Positions 31,468 to 43,572 are shown, counted from the whole stretch's first letter. The stretch: 62,045 bases of DNA, filler included, from Stramenopiles sp. TOSAG23-3 (GCA_900128585.1; 20 parts of 20 records of this genome joined end to end with filler, not necessarily neighbours in it); one strand, 5' to 3'. The notes: a model not told the origin generated them from the sequence alone. A program made the numbers and translations.

Positions 31468-32361
31468 ATGTCGAATACCAAAGTAAACAAAGAGCACTAT
31501 GTTTACTACCAAATGCTGGCGGGGGCTGGTGCCGGTGCAATTACGAAGACTAGCATCGCGCCCCTAGAGCGCATAAAAATACTGTTCCAAATTCAAGGCA
31601 TGAAGAAGGACGGGATTGGGGAAAATAGGCAGTACAAGAACGTTTTTCAGGCTAGCTCGAAAATATTGAACGAAGAAGGGTTTCTGGCGTTTTACAAGGG
31701 AAACGGGGCAAACGTTTTGCGGGTTATTCCCGTCTACGCCCTTAAATTTGCATTCAACGATGCGTTTAAAGCGAGCATAGCGCGGCCAGGCCAAAGTATA
31801 AAGAACCTGGACATGTCCCAGCGAATGGCAGCAGGCACTGCGGCCGGCTTGTGCCAGGCCTGCATTACGTACCCATTGGAAGTGGTCCGGACACGGTTGG
31901 CACTCGGGCCCGGTATGGGGATACAATATAGGGGCATTATCGATTGTGCAAGGCGGACGATAGTGGACGAAGGGCTTAGGGGACTGTACAAAGGGCTGGG
32001 GCCGACGATCTTGAGCGGCGCGCCGTACGTTGGGCTGCAAATGACACTGTACGCAGAATTCAAGAAAATCAACGGGAAAGGAACGGTGCTGCAGGACCTC
32101 ACAAACGGTGCTGCCGCGGGAATCTGTGCTCAGAGTTTGACCTACGCTGGGGATACAGTGCGCCGTCAAATGCAAAGCAATGGGATCGGCGGTACAGAGC
32201 GCATATACAAGAATTCGTGGGATTGTTGCAAGAAGATTTACCGGAACGAAGGCCTCGTCGGTTTTTTTCGGGGGATGCCCCTGAACTGTTTCCGCGCAAT
32301 CCCTGGGGCGGCAATCCAGTTTGCATCTTACGACAAATTGAAGAAAATTCTAGGCTGTTAG
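31468..32361 (+). CDS. Mitochondrial carrier family (SLC25) protein, adenine-nucleotide/CoA carrier-like
   Basis: Three repeats with PLERIK, PLEVVR, (A)GDTVRR signatures; FYKGNGANVLRVIP. Confidence 0.92.
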   Translation: MSNTKVNKEHYVYYQMLAGAGAGAITKTSIAPLERIKILFQIQGMKKDGIGENRQYKNVFQASSKILNEEGFLAFYKGNGANVLRVIPVYALKFAFNDAFKASIARPGQSIKNLDMSQRMAAGTAAGLCQACITYPLEVVRTRLALGPGMGIQYRGIIDCARRTIVDEGLRGLYKGLGPTILSGAPYVGLQMTLYAEFKKINGKGTVLQDLTNGAAAGICAQSLTYAGDTVRRQMQSNGIGGTERIYKNSWDCCKKIYRNEGLVGFFRGMPLNCFRAIPGAAIQFASYDKLKKILGC

Positions 32362-32630
32362 CAGGTGTGGGTTTATGTGTGAATATGATGTATTTGTATA
32401 AAAAGTAATTTTTAAGATTTTTACTCTGTTACTTTTAGAAAGAATGCACGAATTAATATAAGAGGGGTTAATTATCAGGTGTTTGTAAGATTCTTAGTAG
32501 GGGTTGTAAGGTGTGAAAAATAAAATCTTTGTTTTTCAAAGTGTGTTAAATAACAGCCAATTTTCTTGTTTTCAAAGTGTGTTCTGTGCGCATGCCACTC
32601 CTCGTCCCTTGGCCGATCAGGTTGGGCCTC

Positions 32631-33776
32631 TCAGGCTTTTCCGGTTCGATCCGTTTCTAAGGCCTCTTCCAGCATCTTAATTTGAAACGCTTGCAAGTAT
32701 TTACAATAAGCAGGATTGCTCCTACCTTCATTTATTGGTGCAGTTTCACCATCGCCGCCGGCGTCTGCTTCTCCCAGAACGTCAATGCTCGCCAAGCGTT
32801 CCTTGATTTCTTTGTATATTTCTGCACTTTTCGGGGAGACCTTTCCTTGGATTCTTCGCTCGTATTCGCTGCCCTCAATCTTTCTCGCCGTCTTCGACAT
32901 AAGCCCTAACAGAGGTATACAGGTCCTTTGGGCGACATAATTAAAGAATGAGGTCGGGAGGCCGGCAATCTTTGGGTCAAAATTGAAGCAAAACTTAACA
33001 AAGGTCTTGTCCTCTGCGATGGGAATAAGGTGAAAGCCGCCGTACAAGCAGGACGCCTTGACGTAATTCGACTCGTCCACCGCCGGGACGTCCACGCCCG
33101 CTGGCATGTCGCTCCCGACGGCATCACGAAAGTATATTGCAACAGAGTCGTCGTTGTAAACGTCCCCGTACGCGTACAGCACCGATCTCCTTCCCCACAT
33201 CGGCCATGGAAGATCCATCCCCAGGCTAGCAATCAGGCGAAACCTTGCCAGCTCGTGTTCTTTCGCCGAGGCCGAGATGCCGGGAAACCAGTTCTTAAAA
33301 AGGTCGAACTCGTAGACGACGGACAGCATGTTGAACAACGGTGCGCGGCACAACCCTTCGACGCGGAACGAGTAGCTGTCCGTGTCCTTCTCTTCCTTGT
33401 ACCACACGTGCCTAAGGTCAGTCTCTTGTGTCACTCTGATCCAGCCAGAAGTTTCCGTTTTTGCGGGGTCGAGGCAACACAAGAGTTGGTAAAGCTCTTG
33501 TTCGCACCGACTCGCCAGCCGGAGGGCTTCGTGCTGCTGTACAATTTGGCGGAAAGTGTTCCGACCACTCGTGCTGCAAAGTTCGCGCAGTTCTTTCAGC
33601 ACATCTACGCCTTCTAGTAAATGCTCGTCGTCCACAAATAATTTTATCTCATTTACCAGTGCCTCTTCCTCTGGCACAAGGCTCACTGGGACAGCGGATA
33701 CGTATTCGGAAGACTCGTTCAACAACAGCCCGCCCCCCTCTCCTTGCAAAGCTTCTCCAAGCGCAAGAGACGCCAT
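32631..33776 (-). CDS. START/SRPBCC lipid-transfer domain protein
   Basis: FRVEG, VVYEFDLFKNWFP, LPWPMWGR, FDPKIAGLPTSFFNYV. Confidence 0.75.
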   Translation of the reverse strand: MASLALGEALQGEGGGLLLNESSEYVSAVPVSLVPEEEALVNEIKLFVDDEHLLEGVDVLKELRELCSTSGRNTFRQIVQQHEALRLASRCEQELYQLLCCLDPAKTETSGWIRVTQETDLRHVWYKEEKDTDSYSFRVEGLCRAPLFNMLSVVYEFDLFKNWFPGISASAKEHELARFRLIASLGMDLPWPMWGRRSVLYAYGDVYNDDSVAIYFRDAVGSDMPAGVDVPAVDESNYVKASCLYGGFHLIPIAEDKTFVKFCFNFDPKIAGLPTSFFNYVAQRTCIPLLGLMSKTARKIEGSEYERRIQGKVSPKSAEIYKEIKERLASIDVLGEADAGGDGETAPINEGRSNPAYCKYLQAFQIKMLEEALETDRTGKA

Positions 33777-34266
33777 CTTCGATAATAAGACCAACGGTGC
33801 GCAACGACACTAGCGTTTGTCTTTCTTTTTCTTCTCCGAAGAAGACCAAACCCTATAAGTTATATAAGTTCATAGCGCATATGCTTTCCTCCTTCATTCT
33901 ACAAGTTCCAAATAATTTATATCATAAATATACTGTATCTTCTTCGTTGGGGATTCGATTGTAAAAACGTTTTAATAATAATAATAATAATTGGTGGGGC
34001 GGCGGGTATATATTATTATATTATGCATGTTGCATGTTGATGGTGGAGATATGGTGGTGTTTTTTTTTTGTGTAGCAACAAGATGATACCCTTGGAGGCC
34101 TTAAATCGGTCCTGTGCCTTAAATCGGTCCAAAACGCGTAAGTTTTGAATTTTAACTATTAATATNNNNNNNNNNNNNNNNNNNNNNNNNNNNNNNNNNN
34201 NNNNNNNNNTTAATTAATTAANNNNNNNNNNNNNNNNNNNNNNNNNNNNNNNNNNNNNNNNNNNNA

Positions 34267-36981
34267 TTTCCGAACAAGGAAAAATTTCCTAAAGCGTTAG
34301 TGGCGATCGACGCAACCACGACGCATGGCTGGATACTGTTTGTTCAAGGCAAAAAGGAAGAGCAGTTAATTGAACCGATTGAGGCTATAATATCGAGGAT
34401 AATTTCAGATGGATACGTACCGCGAAAATTTTTCTGGGATGGGGAAAAGGCAGTATGGGCCTCCCGTTCTGACTCCCCAATGAAAGCTCTGCTCAAACGT
34501 TTCAATATCGAATTGCGCTTGACTGCCGATTCTGAGCAAAATTTGGCTGAGTCTTACATTGGCTGGCTCAAACGTATGGCTTTTCATATGCTGACGCATC
34601 GTTCTTTGCCTCCATTGTTCATTCCCTATGCGTTTCGATACGCAAATATGGTTGCATTGGTTCTTCCCAAATCTCGTCTCGGTGGTCGTACTGCTATGCA
34701 AGAGTATTACAACAAGGACCCCATGCGAGCGATTTCGCGTTTACGCACTTTTGGTTGTGTGGTTTATTTTTCACCACGCAGCGTCACAGCGAAATCACAA
34801 ACCCCGAATCGTCAATTGATTTTTACGGGTTTTAAGAATATCAATGGCGCATACGAAGCGATTGACCCCCGGACGCAAGGCAATAAATGCATTTATTCGT
34901 GGCATGGACTCTTCAATGAGTCTGCTGTGCCTAGCGATTGGTATTCGCAAATCAAAACGAAACCGCTCAGTGATATTATTCTTCGCCAACCAGTTTTAGC
35001 TCCACCGGCGGAATCGCCTTTACCATCTGATGAGGAATCGGATTCTTCGCCTGATGAAAATAGTACCGATTCAATTCCGTTACGACGGGTTCCTCTTGCT
35101 CGCGGATGTAAAATTAATGGACGTGCTTATTCGAAGTATTCTCCTGATGAATTTGAGTCAGTTGGCATGTTGGCGGCTATTGATCCCACGATCCAAACAG
35201 ATTTTTCTGACGTGGCGGCCTTGCAGAAGGAATGTGATTTTAATGCTCCGTCTGAGCTATCGCCCAATTCTGCTACCGATGAGTCGCCTGCCGCTCCTAA
35301 TTCCGATTCGTTTTTGGCATTTTCGTTTGCTTCAGAATCCATGGTTGACATTGATAAAGTGATCGACAAGATGGATGAAGAACGACACGAAACGCTCAAG
35401 CGGGATTTTTATCCACCGGCTGTTGAAATTCCCACGCCGAAATCGCTTGCCGCCGCTCGCAAATCAGAATATTGGCCTGAATGGTCCGCTGCCTATAACA
35501 TGGAGATCAAAAACTTGATGGACCACGATACGTTCAAATTCGAACCTGATCGCAAAGGTGCTTTCAAACTTGGTTGTAAGGTTGTTTTCAAAGTAAAACA
35601 TGACCAATTTGGTTGCGTGACGCGTTTCAAGTGTCGGCTCGTTGTCCAGGGCTATAACCAAATCGAGGACGTTCATTTTGATGAAACGTTTGCGCCGGTT
35701 GCGTACCTTTCCACCATTCTTTTGGTGTTGATTTTGGCGTGCGCGCTTAACCTCGATCTCTGGCTACTCGATTTTATGGGCGCTTTCTTGCATAGCCTGA
35801 TGCCTGAACGTTTTCCTGTTTTCATTAAAACTCCGTTTGGAATCGACGTACCCGATGGTTTTATGATTCGTTTAAACAAATCACTATATGGAACAAGAAA
35901 TGCCGGTCATCTTTGGTGGAAAGACCTTCGCAAAGCTTTGTTAGAGCTTGGGTTTTCTCAATGTCCGTTTGACCAGTGTTTATTCTATAAAATTGACAAA
36001 GATGGCACGATGACATTTCTAGCCACATGGGTTGACGATGTTTTAATTGCTACAAACGATCCTAATATTGAACAATTACGTATAAAATTGCGCGCCATGG
36101 GATTTCGTATACAAACGCTTGAACATTTATCCTGGTATCTTGGCCTTGGCATTGAAATTACAGAGACGCACCTTGTTATCAACCAGTCGGCTTATATTGA
36201 CAAATTATTGGAAAAATTCGGCATGACCGATTGTCATGCCGTGTCGACCCCTATGTTGAAATGCACATTTAACGTTGGTGATAGTCCTCCGGCACCTAAG
36301 GGGACACCATACAGGGAACTCCTTGGCGGCCTGAATCACCTCGTTCGTTTTAGCCGATGCGATGGACTTTTCTCGGTTTTCTTTCTGGCGCGTTACCAAA
36401 ATGCCCCCAGCGTTGCGCACTGGATCGCGTTGAAGCGAATATTGCGTTATTTTAAAGGAACCAAAGATCTCTGCCTTCGGTTCAGAAGGGGTAAAGCCAG
36501 TAAGGAAATATTGCTTCATCTTAGTGCTTGGTGCGACGCCGATTTCGCAGGCTGCGAAGACACACGACGCTCGACGAGTGGATACATCATTATGATCAAC
36601 GGAGCGCCCATTGTCGCTAAGTCAAGAAAGCAACGTCTCACTGCACAATCCGTGTGCGAATCTGAAACAATTTCGGCACAAGACTGTACCAAAGATTTAG
36701 TGTGGTTGCGAGGGTTAATCCAATGGATATTCCCTGAGCCATTGCCCCCTACGGATTTGCATATCGATAATCAAGCATTGATTCAAATTGTCACTTCTAA
36801 AAAGAACCCTGCCGCATCGAAGTTTTTCGCTCTGCGACAATATTTCTTGAAGGAACACAAAGAATGCGGAGATATTAATCCAATAAAGGTTCCAACCCAA
36901 GATAATCTTGCTGATCTATTCACCAAACCGCTCGGACGAATTAAATTCGAATACTTTCGAGATCGAATATTTGGTGTCTGA
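34267..36981 (+). CDS. pol: Copia pol polyprotein, 5'-partial, uninterrupted
   Basis: Integrase D-D-E (AIDAT, WDGE, QNLAES), LRTFGC; RT FKCRLVVQGY, ETFAPVA, LNKSLYG, WVDD; RNase H CDADFAG, RRSTSGY, IDNQ, NLADLFTKPL. Confidence 0.95.
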   Translation, partial: FPNKEKFPKALVAIDATTTHGWILFVQGKKEEQLIEPIEAIISRIISDGYVPRKFFWDGEKAVWASRSDSPMKALLKRFNIELRLTADSEQNLAESYIGWLKRMAFHMLTHRSLPPLFIPYAFRYANMVALVLPKSRLGGRTAMQEYYNKDPMRAISRLRTFGCVVYFSPRSVTAKSQTPNRQLIFTGFKNINGAYEAIDPRTQGNKCIYSWHGLFNESAVPSDWYSQIKTKPLSDIILRQPVLAPPAESPLPSDEESDSSPDENSTDSIPLRRVPLARGCKINGRAYSKYSPDEFESVGMLAAIDPTIQTDFSDVAALQKECDFNAPSELSPNSATDESPAAPNSDSFLAFSFASESMVDIDKVIDKMDEERHETLKRDFYPPAVEIPTPKSLAAARKSEYWPEWSAAYNMEIKNLMDHDTFKFEPDRKGAFKLGCKVVFKVKHDQFGCVTRFKCRLVVQGYNQIEDVHFDETFAPVAYLSTILLVLILACALNLDLWLLDFMGAFLHSLMPERFPVFIKTPFGIDVPDGFMIRLNKSLYGTRNAGHLWWKDLRKALLELGFSQCPFDQCLFYKIDKDGTMTFLATWVDDVLIATNDPNIEQLRIKLRAMGFRIQTLEHLSWYLGLGIEITETHLVINQSAYIDKLLEKFGMTDCHAVSTPMLKCTFNVGDSPPAPKGTPYRELLGGLNHLVRFSRCDGLFSVFFLARYQNAPSVAHWIALKRILRYFKGTKDLCLRFRRGKASKEILLHLSAWCDADFAGCEDTRRSTSGYIIMINGAPIVAKSRKQRLTAQSVCESETISAQDCTKDLVWLRGLIQWIFPEPLPPTDLHIDNQALIQIVTSKKNPAASKFFALRQYFLKEHKECGDINPIKVPTQDNLADLFTKPLGRIKFEYFRDRIFGV

Positions 36982-37269
36982 AACAATTGCTAACCATTAC
37001 TCCATGGTTGTGACAGTTCCCAAAATGGAACGATATTCACGTTAAAAGGAGAACAACTGCTGAGAAGTTTATTATTTCTTCAAGCCCACCGTTAATAAAA
37101 AGCTGTATAGCACGACGTGTCGAAATAAAAAGAAGAAGAAGAAAATCGACCTTGAAGAAAGAAACATTCTTGTCCGCAGTTGAGAAGGGGTAAAGAATCC
37201 CAACTGTCAGTTTGGTTGATGATACCTTAGATACGTCGACTACCTTAAATGAACTATTAGAAGCGAGTG
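34267..37269 (+). mobile_element. Ty1/copia LTR retrotransposon, 3' part (pol, PPT, start of candidate 3' LTR)
   Basis: Domain order integrase-RT-RNase H; purine tract GAGAAGGGG at 37182-37190. Confidence 0.92.
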
Positions 37270-38695
37270 NNNNNNNNNNNNNNNNNNNNNNNNNNNNNNN
37301 NNNNNNNNNNNNNTTAATTAATTAANNNNNNNNNNNNNNNNNNNNNNNNNNNNNNNNNNNNNNNNNNNNGCTTCCGCGCAGTCCCATGCTGCACCAAACG
37401 AAGGGCTCTCTCGTTCATGGTTTCCCCCCCCCTTTTTATACGTGTACGAGTGTATGTATGGTTCTATCTCAAAACGTACGGCATGAAACAATTTCTTCCT
37501 TTTAATACTTCCTAAACAAAACAATGAAATACAAACGTTCTTGTGTATTTTTAGATTAAATGTAGAAGAATATTATTGAAACATTCTCATCACATTTTCA
37601 ATTTAATATTATTAATAATAATATATTATAGAAGAAGAACGATTAATAAAATGGAAGAAGAGTTTATTATTTAGTGGTTTGTTTTTTTGTTTATATTTAT
37701 TATCTTTCTTCTTCTTCTACCGGTAGATCTATTATTATATCATCAATATTATAATAGACCTATTATTCAATCACACCAAACAATACCAAACACACATGAT
37801 GATGTGAAAAAAAAATGATGAAGAAGAAAAAGAAGGAAGAAGAAAGAAAGAAGAAGAAGAAGAAAGAAGAAGAAGAAGAAAAAAGAAGAAGAAGAAAAAG
37901 AAGAAGAAAAAAAAGAAGAAGAAAAAAAAGAAGAAAAAGATAAAAGAAGAAGAAGAAGAAAGAAGAAGATGAAAAGAAGAAAGAAGAAGAAAAAGAAGAA
38001 AAAGAAGAAGAAAGAAGAGAAGAAGAGAAAATTATTAAAAGTTACAGAGTCAGTTTATTTATTTAGTATCATGGACACAGCATTTAAATCAAACGTGAAA
38101 AAATTAAAAATAATAATTTTAATTTTTTTTCTTCTTCGCTTCTTCATCATCATCATCAATTATAATAATAATAATAATTCTTCTTCTTCTTCTCTCTGTC
38201 TTTTTTTTTCTTTCGTTCTTCGTTGTTCTTCTTCTCTTCTTGTTTTTTCTTTTTTCTTTCCTTTCTTCTTCTTCTTCGTTCTCTTTTTTCTTCTTCTTCT
38301 TTTTTTTTTTTTTCAATGAGATCTCATCATCTTTTTTTCGTTCTTCTCGTCACACAACAACAAATATTAAGAGAAGAAGAGAAGAAGAGAAGAATAAAAA
38401 AAATAATAAAATTGGTTAAAAAATACAAATAAAAAAAAAATATCAAAAAAAAAAATAATAATAAATAATATTTTAAAATGTAAAATAATACATTCATTCT
38501 TCAAAAACAGTTGAGTATATATATTATACCAGTACATTATTATACAATCACTATTCTTCATTCCTATTCGTTTAACTAATACCACACCCTTCCGAGTTTA
38601 TTTGCTCGGGTTTTCGATTTCCCAGCAGTTAAAACAAGAACATTGTATAAGTGATCGTCGTGGGTAATAGAAGTAGTAGCAGTAGTAAAAATAGA

Positions 38696-40297
38696 ATGCT
38701 TCTTGTTCTTTGTATTTTTTTGTTTTTGCCGTGCATGGTGGAACAGGCGACAGGCCGTGAGTGTAACTTGCAAAGAGAAAAGTATGGCGACGTCTGCTTG
38801 TGCACGGAAGATCGTTGCGATTCCATCGCTCCGGTGCCAATTTTTTCAGATAGGGGTCACTACGTTGCGTACACATCGACGAAGTCTGGCATGCGCATGC
38901 ACCAGACCGTTGGGGCGGTGCTGAACCGCTCTACGGCGAAGAACAAGCGTACGATCTTGGTCGACGAGCAAGTGACCCACCAGACGCTCCTGGGGTTTGG
39001 GAACGCTTTGACGGACGCGGCGCTTCTGAACTACAACAAAATGAGCGCTGGGGCGCAAAACATGCTGCTGGAGCAGTACTGGGGACAGAACGGTACAAGG
39101 TTCAACGTGGGAAGGGTCCCAATTTCTAGCACGGACTTTAGCACGCACGTGTACAGCTACGACGACGTGCCCGGGGACCTTGGCCTGAAACACTTCTCGA
39201 TAGACGTCGACAGAGAGATGGGCAAAGTAGACTTTATAAAGAAGGTGGTCGACTTCAACGACAAGGACATGTCCCTTTTCGCGTCGTCGTGGGCCCCTCC
39301 CGCGTGGATGACGCAGCAAAACCGCACCATCAAGAATCCGACGCTGAAGAACGGGCCGATGTCGCCGACGGCGCAGTCGTACGCCGAATACCTGGTCAAG
39401 TTCTTCGAAGAGTACGCAGCAGAGGGCATTCGGTTCTGGGGCCTGACTGCTCAAAATGAGCCGGCGGGGAATACGGGAGCATGGCAGGATTTAAAGTTCA
39501 CAGCGGCGCAACAGCGCGATTTCATAAAAACCTGCCTGGGCCCTGCGCTGAAAGCATCCACAGCGACGAAAGACGTCAAGTTGATGATGCTGGACGACCA
39601 ACGAATCCACCTTCCTGCGTGGACAAAAACCATCCTTTCAGACAAGGACGCCGCCAAATATATCTCTGGGATCGGGCTCCACTGGTACGCGGCGACGGAA
39701 GACATCCTTCCCAGCGCCCTGTACTTTGGCCTTATGAATAAGACGCACCACGATTTCCCCGATTTTTTTATGCTTGCGACAGAAGCATGCGAAGGGTTTC
39801 TTCCGTGGTCTCAGGGTCCAAGGCTTGGGGACTGGACCCGGGCGGAGACGTACGCCCATGACATTGCGGGCGATTTGAACAACTACGCCATTGGTTGGAC
39901 GGATTGGAACGCATTTTTAGATGTGAAGGGCGGACCAAACTGGGCAAAGAACGAGTGCGACTCTCCGATCATTCTGGATACGGAAAACAAGACGCGATTC
40001 TACAAGCAGCCCATGTTTTACGCGCTCGCGCACTTTTCACATTTTTTGCCGCAAGGGTCGAAACGGCTCGGCGTTCAATCGACCTCCTCGTCGCCCATCC
40101 TCGACGCTCCCATGGAAGTTACAGCTTTCAAAACCCCGAATGGGTCGGTGGTCCTTGTGGTGATCAACAAAGGGGAACTATCACGGTCCGCTGCGTATAC
40201 AGTTGCAGTAAAGAGTGGGACCAACGGCCCCCCAACCGACCGCTACATTGATCTCAATGCCCCACCCAATAGTATCCAAACCATTCTTCTTTTATAA
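38696..40297 (+). CDS. GBA: Glucosylceramidase (glycoside hydrolase family 30), secreted/lysosomal
   Basis: Signal peptide; GFGNALTDAA, RVPISSTDFS, catalytic QNEP and ATEAC, GWTDWN, FYKQPMFYALAHFS. Confidence 0.93.
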   Translation: MLLVLCIFLFLPCMVEQATGRECNLQREKYGDVCLCTEDRCDSIAPVPIFSDRGHYVAYTSTKSGMRMHQTVGAVLNRSTAKNKRTILVDEQVTHQTLLGFGNALTDAALLNYNKMSAGAQNMLLEQYWGQNGTRFNVGRVPISSTDFSTHVYSYDDVPGDLGLKHFSIDVDREMGKVDFIKKVVDFNDKDMSLFASSWAPPAWMTQQNRTIKNPTLKNGPMSPTAQSYAEYLVKFFEEYAAEGIRFWGLTAQNEPAGNTGAWQDLKFTAAQQRDFIKTCLGPALKASTATKDVKLMMLDDQRIHLPAWTKTILSDKDAAKYISGIGLHWYAATEDILPSALYFGLMNKTHHDFPDFFMLATEACEGFLPWSQGPRLGDWTRAETYAHDIAGDLNNYAIGWTDWNAFLDVKGGPNWAKNECDSPIILDTENKTRFYKQPMFYALAHFSHFLPQGSKRLGVQSTSSSPILDAPMEVTAFKTPNGSVVLVVINKGELSRSAAYTVAVKSGTNGPPTDRYIDLNAPPNSIQTILLL

Positions 40298-41460
40298 AAA
40301 AAATTAGAAGTCTGTAATTAAAACTGTATATATTAATATATGTAAATTATTTAAGAAGACGACTAATAACTNNNNNNNNNNNNNNNNNNNNNNNNNNNNN
40401 NNNNNNNNNNNNNNNTTAATTAATTAANNNNNNNNNNNNNNNNNNNNNNNNNNNNNNNNNNNNNNNNNNNNAAGTTGGAAATGTTTGTGGTGAAGCGCAT
40501 TTCTTAACGTGTTGGAAATTTATTCATATGGTATAACAGCCAATTTTCTTTCTATTTAGCTGCTTCACCCTCTAGGTACTATTATATGATGACGACTATT
40601 TATGATGCCAACAACAGTTATATTATTATTTCTTAATTATTTTTTTAAAAAGAACAATAAATACAGTACATAATGACAGCATTAGATATTCTTATTTTTT
40701 TTTTTTACTCAATTTTATTTTTTTTATTATTTTAATAATTTCCTTTTTTAAAACGCTTTGCTATGTTTATGTAATAGTCGGTTTTATTTTATTTACGACA
40801 CCACATCATCTGCTGATCTGCGAAGATGATAGAAGAAGAAGAAGAAAAAAAATAAAAATTGGTTGAATGATGCTTCTTCTCTTCTTGCACGTAAAATTTA
40901 TTGTTGTAGTATTATTTCTTAGATCGTAAAGATACGTTCAATTTAATATATAAATAATGTTAAATGGTTAAAATATATTATTATAATATGTATTCTTTAT
41001 ATAGTAAGACATTCATACTTGTATATAAATGATGTTGGGTACAATTTGAAGTGGCTTTTTTTGTTGTTGTAGTGTGATTGATTACTCTATTTTAAAAGAG
41101 GAAGAAGAAAGAAGAAGAAGTTGTTATTCATTATATTTTTATGTTGAACTACGGTAGCAACAAAACAAACATGCCACGCCACGTGATGAATGGGAATGCA
41201 TGTATTTAGGTTTCTAAATGGGTGGATTATCATTGCATTTGGAAAGGAGACAACTGTATACTCTGTAGAAACCCACACCACTATAAAATCTTTAGAACAA
41301 CGAGAAGATCAGAACATAAGAACACAAACGCCCAAGTTGCCCAGGACGCGCACCGAGCCCCCGCCCCCCAGTTTTCGTACAACCCATTTCCCCGAACTGG
41401 TAAGCCCCGTCGAAGCGAATATTCACCGTGGAATAGGACTACAAAATCAGAGTACAAATC

Positions 41461-42090
41461 ATGTCCGCATCCCCAAGCAAGCGCAGAGACATGGATCTCA
41501 TGAAACTAATGATGGCAGGGTTTAACGTTGTCATGGAGGACGACGAAAAGGCTGCCGACTTTTACGTGTCCTTCCAAGGCCCGAAAGAGACGTACTACGA
41601 AGGTGGGACGTGGAAGGTCCACGTACGGCTGCCAATGGAGTACCCGTACAAAAGCCCGTCGCTAGGGTTTGTGAATAAAATGTACCACCCGAACGTGGAT
41701 GAAAGGTCGGGGTCGGTCTGCCTTGATGTTATCAACCAAACCTGGAGCCCGATGTTCGACCTTGTAAATATATTCGCGGTCTTTCTTCCGCAACTCCTAA
41801 CTTACCCTAACCCTTCGGACCCGCTGAACGGGGAAGCGGCAGCGCTCCAGCTACGAAAACCAGACGCGTACAAAGCGAAAGTGTTGGAATACGTGGCGAA
41901 ATACGCTTCTCCACGTTCACTGAAGGGCGATGGGGAAGACATGAACGTTGACAAGAAGACCGCCGCTACCGATTCCGCGGGGACCACGATGGACGACGAG
42001 GACGAAGACATGAGTGACCTGAGCGACCTGAGCGATGCCGACTTTGAAGACGACGAGCTGTTCATGCAGATGGACGACTGCGAGGAATGA
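41461..42090 (+). CDS. UBE2H: Ubiquitin-conjugating enzyme E2 H (Ubc8) with acidic tail
   Basis: [52 protein letters not shown]. Confidence 0.95.
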   Translation: MSASPSKRRDMDLMKLMMAGFNVVMEDDEKAADFYVSFQGPKETYYEGGTWKVHVRLPMEYPYKSPSLGFVNKMYHPNVDERSGSVCLDVINQTWSPMFDLVNIFAVFLPQLLTYPNPSDPLNGEAAALQLRKPDAYKAKVLEYVAKYASPRSLKGDGEDMNVDKKTAATDSAGTTMDDEDEDMSDLSDLSDADFEDDELFMQMDDCEE

Positions 42091-42570
42091 GCTGCGCGTT
42101 CACTGCGCTATTTTTGCTGCAATGGTTTCCTACGATAATTGCAAGAGGGAGCATCGTCCCTCACATGTACAAAAGGTTTCTCAGCCCACGGGCAGTGCGA
42201 AGTGTTCCGGTAGAACCCTATCGATCAAGTTGAAGTGAATTCTCACACGCAAATGAAGATATTGGGGCTCTTTACGTCCTCGGCGGCCGGTGTAAAATAA
42301 AAGAATTTTAGAAAACAATCAATGCATAATGGTACAAAGTATTACAATTTAAATTTGATCCTTTGCAAGAATGTATCATGGGTAGGTTCTCCCACCCAAA
42401 TGCGCTGCGCGACGAAAACTTAGAGGCAAAAAGCAAAAAATTACTCTCTCCCTTTTCTCTTAAAAAAAAGAATTAATTCTTATTACGGAGGAGTGAGCGC
42501 ACCAAAATGCATCTCTTTGTTTCACAGCATAAACCCACGGACTACCAGTACAAACGTCCCGAAACCAAAG

Positions 42571-42855
42571 TCATTCAAACGTCATAATGTTCGGCTCGTG
42601 CTTTTCCCTAACCGACTCGTCGCCCATTTTCATCCCCTCACGCATGTTCTTTTCTATGGCCTCCATGGTAGGCTGTTCCGAGTCCAACCCTTCTTGGCCC
42701 AGCTCTTTCGCTTTCTTCTCCATCTCCTCCAACTTTTGTAGGGAGACACTTTTGATCGGTAGGATTTTCGGCTTGCATAGCACTTCACTCAGATTCCCCT
42801 TTTCCGAATACACCAAACCTGCCTTGGGCAAGACTTCTTGAAGCGGTTCTGACAT
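42571..42855 (-). CDS. BBIP1: BBSome-interacting protein 1 (BBIP10/BBS18)
   Basis: EVLPKAGLVYSE...VLCKPKILPIKSVSLQKLEEME. Confidence 0.88.
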   Translation of the reverse strand: MSEPLQEVLPKAGLVYSEKGNLSEVLCKPKILPIKSVSLQKLEEMEKKAKELGQEGLDSEQPTMEAIEKNMREGMKMGDESVREKHEPNIMTFE

Positions 42856-43572
42856 TCTTATTATGTACTATATACAAAAAAAAAACAACAATCGAACAAA
42901 GCTCTGTCTTCTGCTGGTTGGATACGCACGGCCGGTCGCAATATCGTTGGGGCGTAGTCGAACACGAAGGAAGCAAAACTAACAACAAAGTACAAGCAAT
43001 CAAACACAAACGTACCTTTCTCGTTGTAAGCTATATATATATATATACATATTTATAAATGGATAGTTATCAATCGTTCACAATTCCAATAACACACTTT
43101 CTTATCTATGCGTTATATTGTTATATATTGTTCCTTACAGAATATTGTTTTGTTAAAACAAAAAAAAAATTCAATAATTTATTCATTCATTCAATCAATC
43201 AATCAATCAACACCATCCACACCACAACACAACAACAACAAAAAACAACACTTCTTCTTTTTTCTTCTTCTTCTTCTTCTTCTTCTTCTTCTTCTTCCTT
43301 CTTCTTCTTCTTCTTCCTTCTTCTTCTTCTTCTTCTTCTTCTTTCTTTTAATTCTTCTTCTTTCTTCTTCTTCTTTTTTTTCCTTCTTCTTCCTTCTTTC
43401 AGTATTTTACGTAGATGATATATAAATATAGATCATTTATTTAGACGATACGAAGATGATGATGAAGGTGGTNNNNNNNNNNNNNNNNNNNNNNNNNNNN
43501 NNNNNNNNNNNNNNNNTTAATTAATTAANNNNNNNNNNNNNNNNNNNNNNNNNNNNNNNNNNNNNNNNNNNN

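Noticed and set aside
34097..34130. 15-bp direct repeat GCCTTAAATCGGTCC x2 as CRISPR-like or LTR edge
   Set aside because: Two copies with a 3-nt spacer; a simple local duplication on a different contig from the copia element
37969..38585. Poly-K/F/S ORFs here and at 6253-6459, 8853-9251, 12908-13231, 43059-43425, 58999-59371
   Set aside because: Translations of TTC/GAA microsatellites
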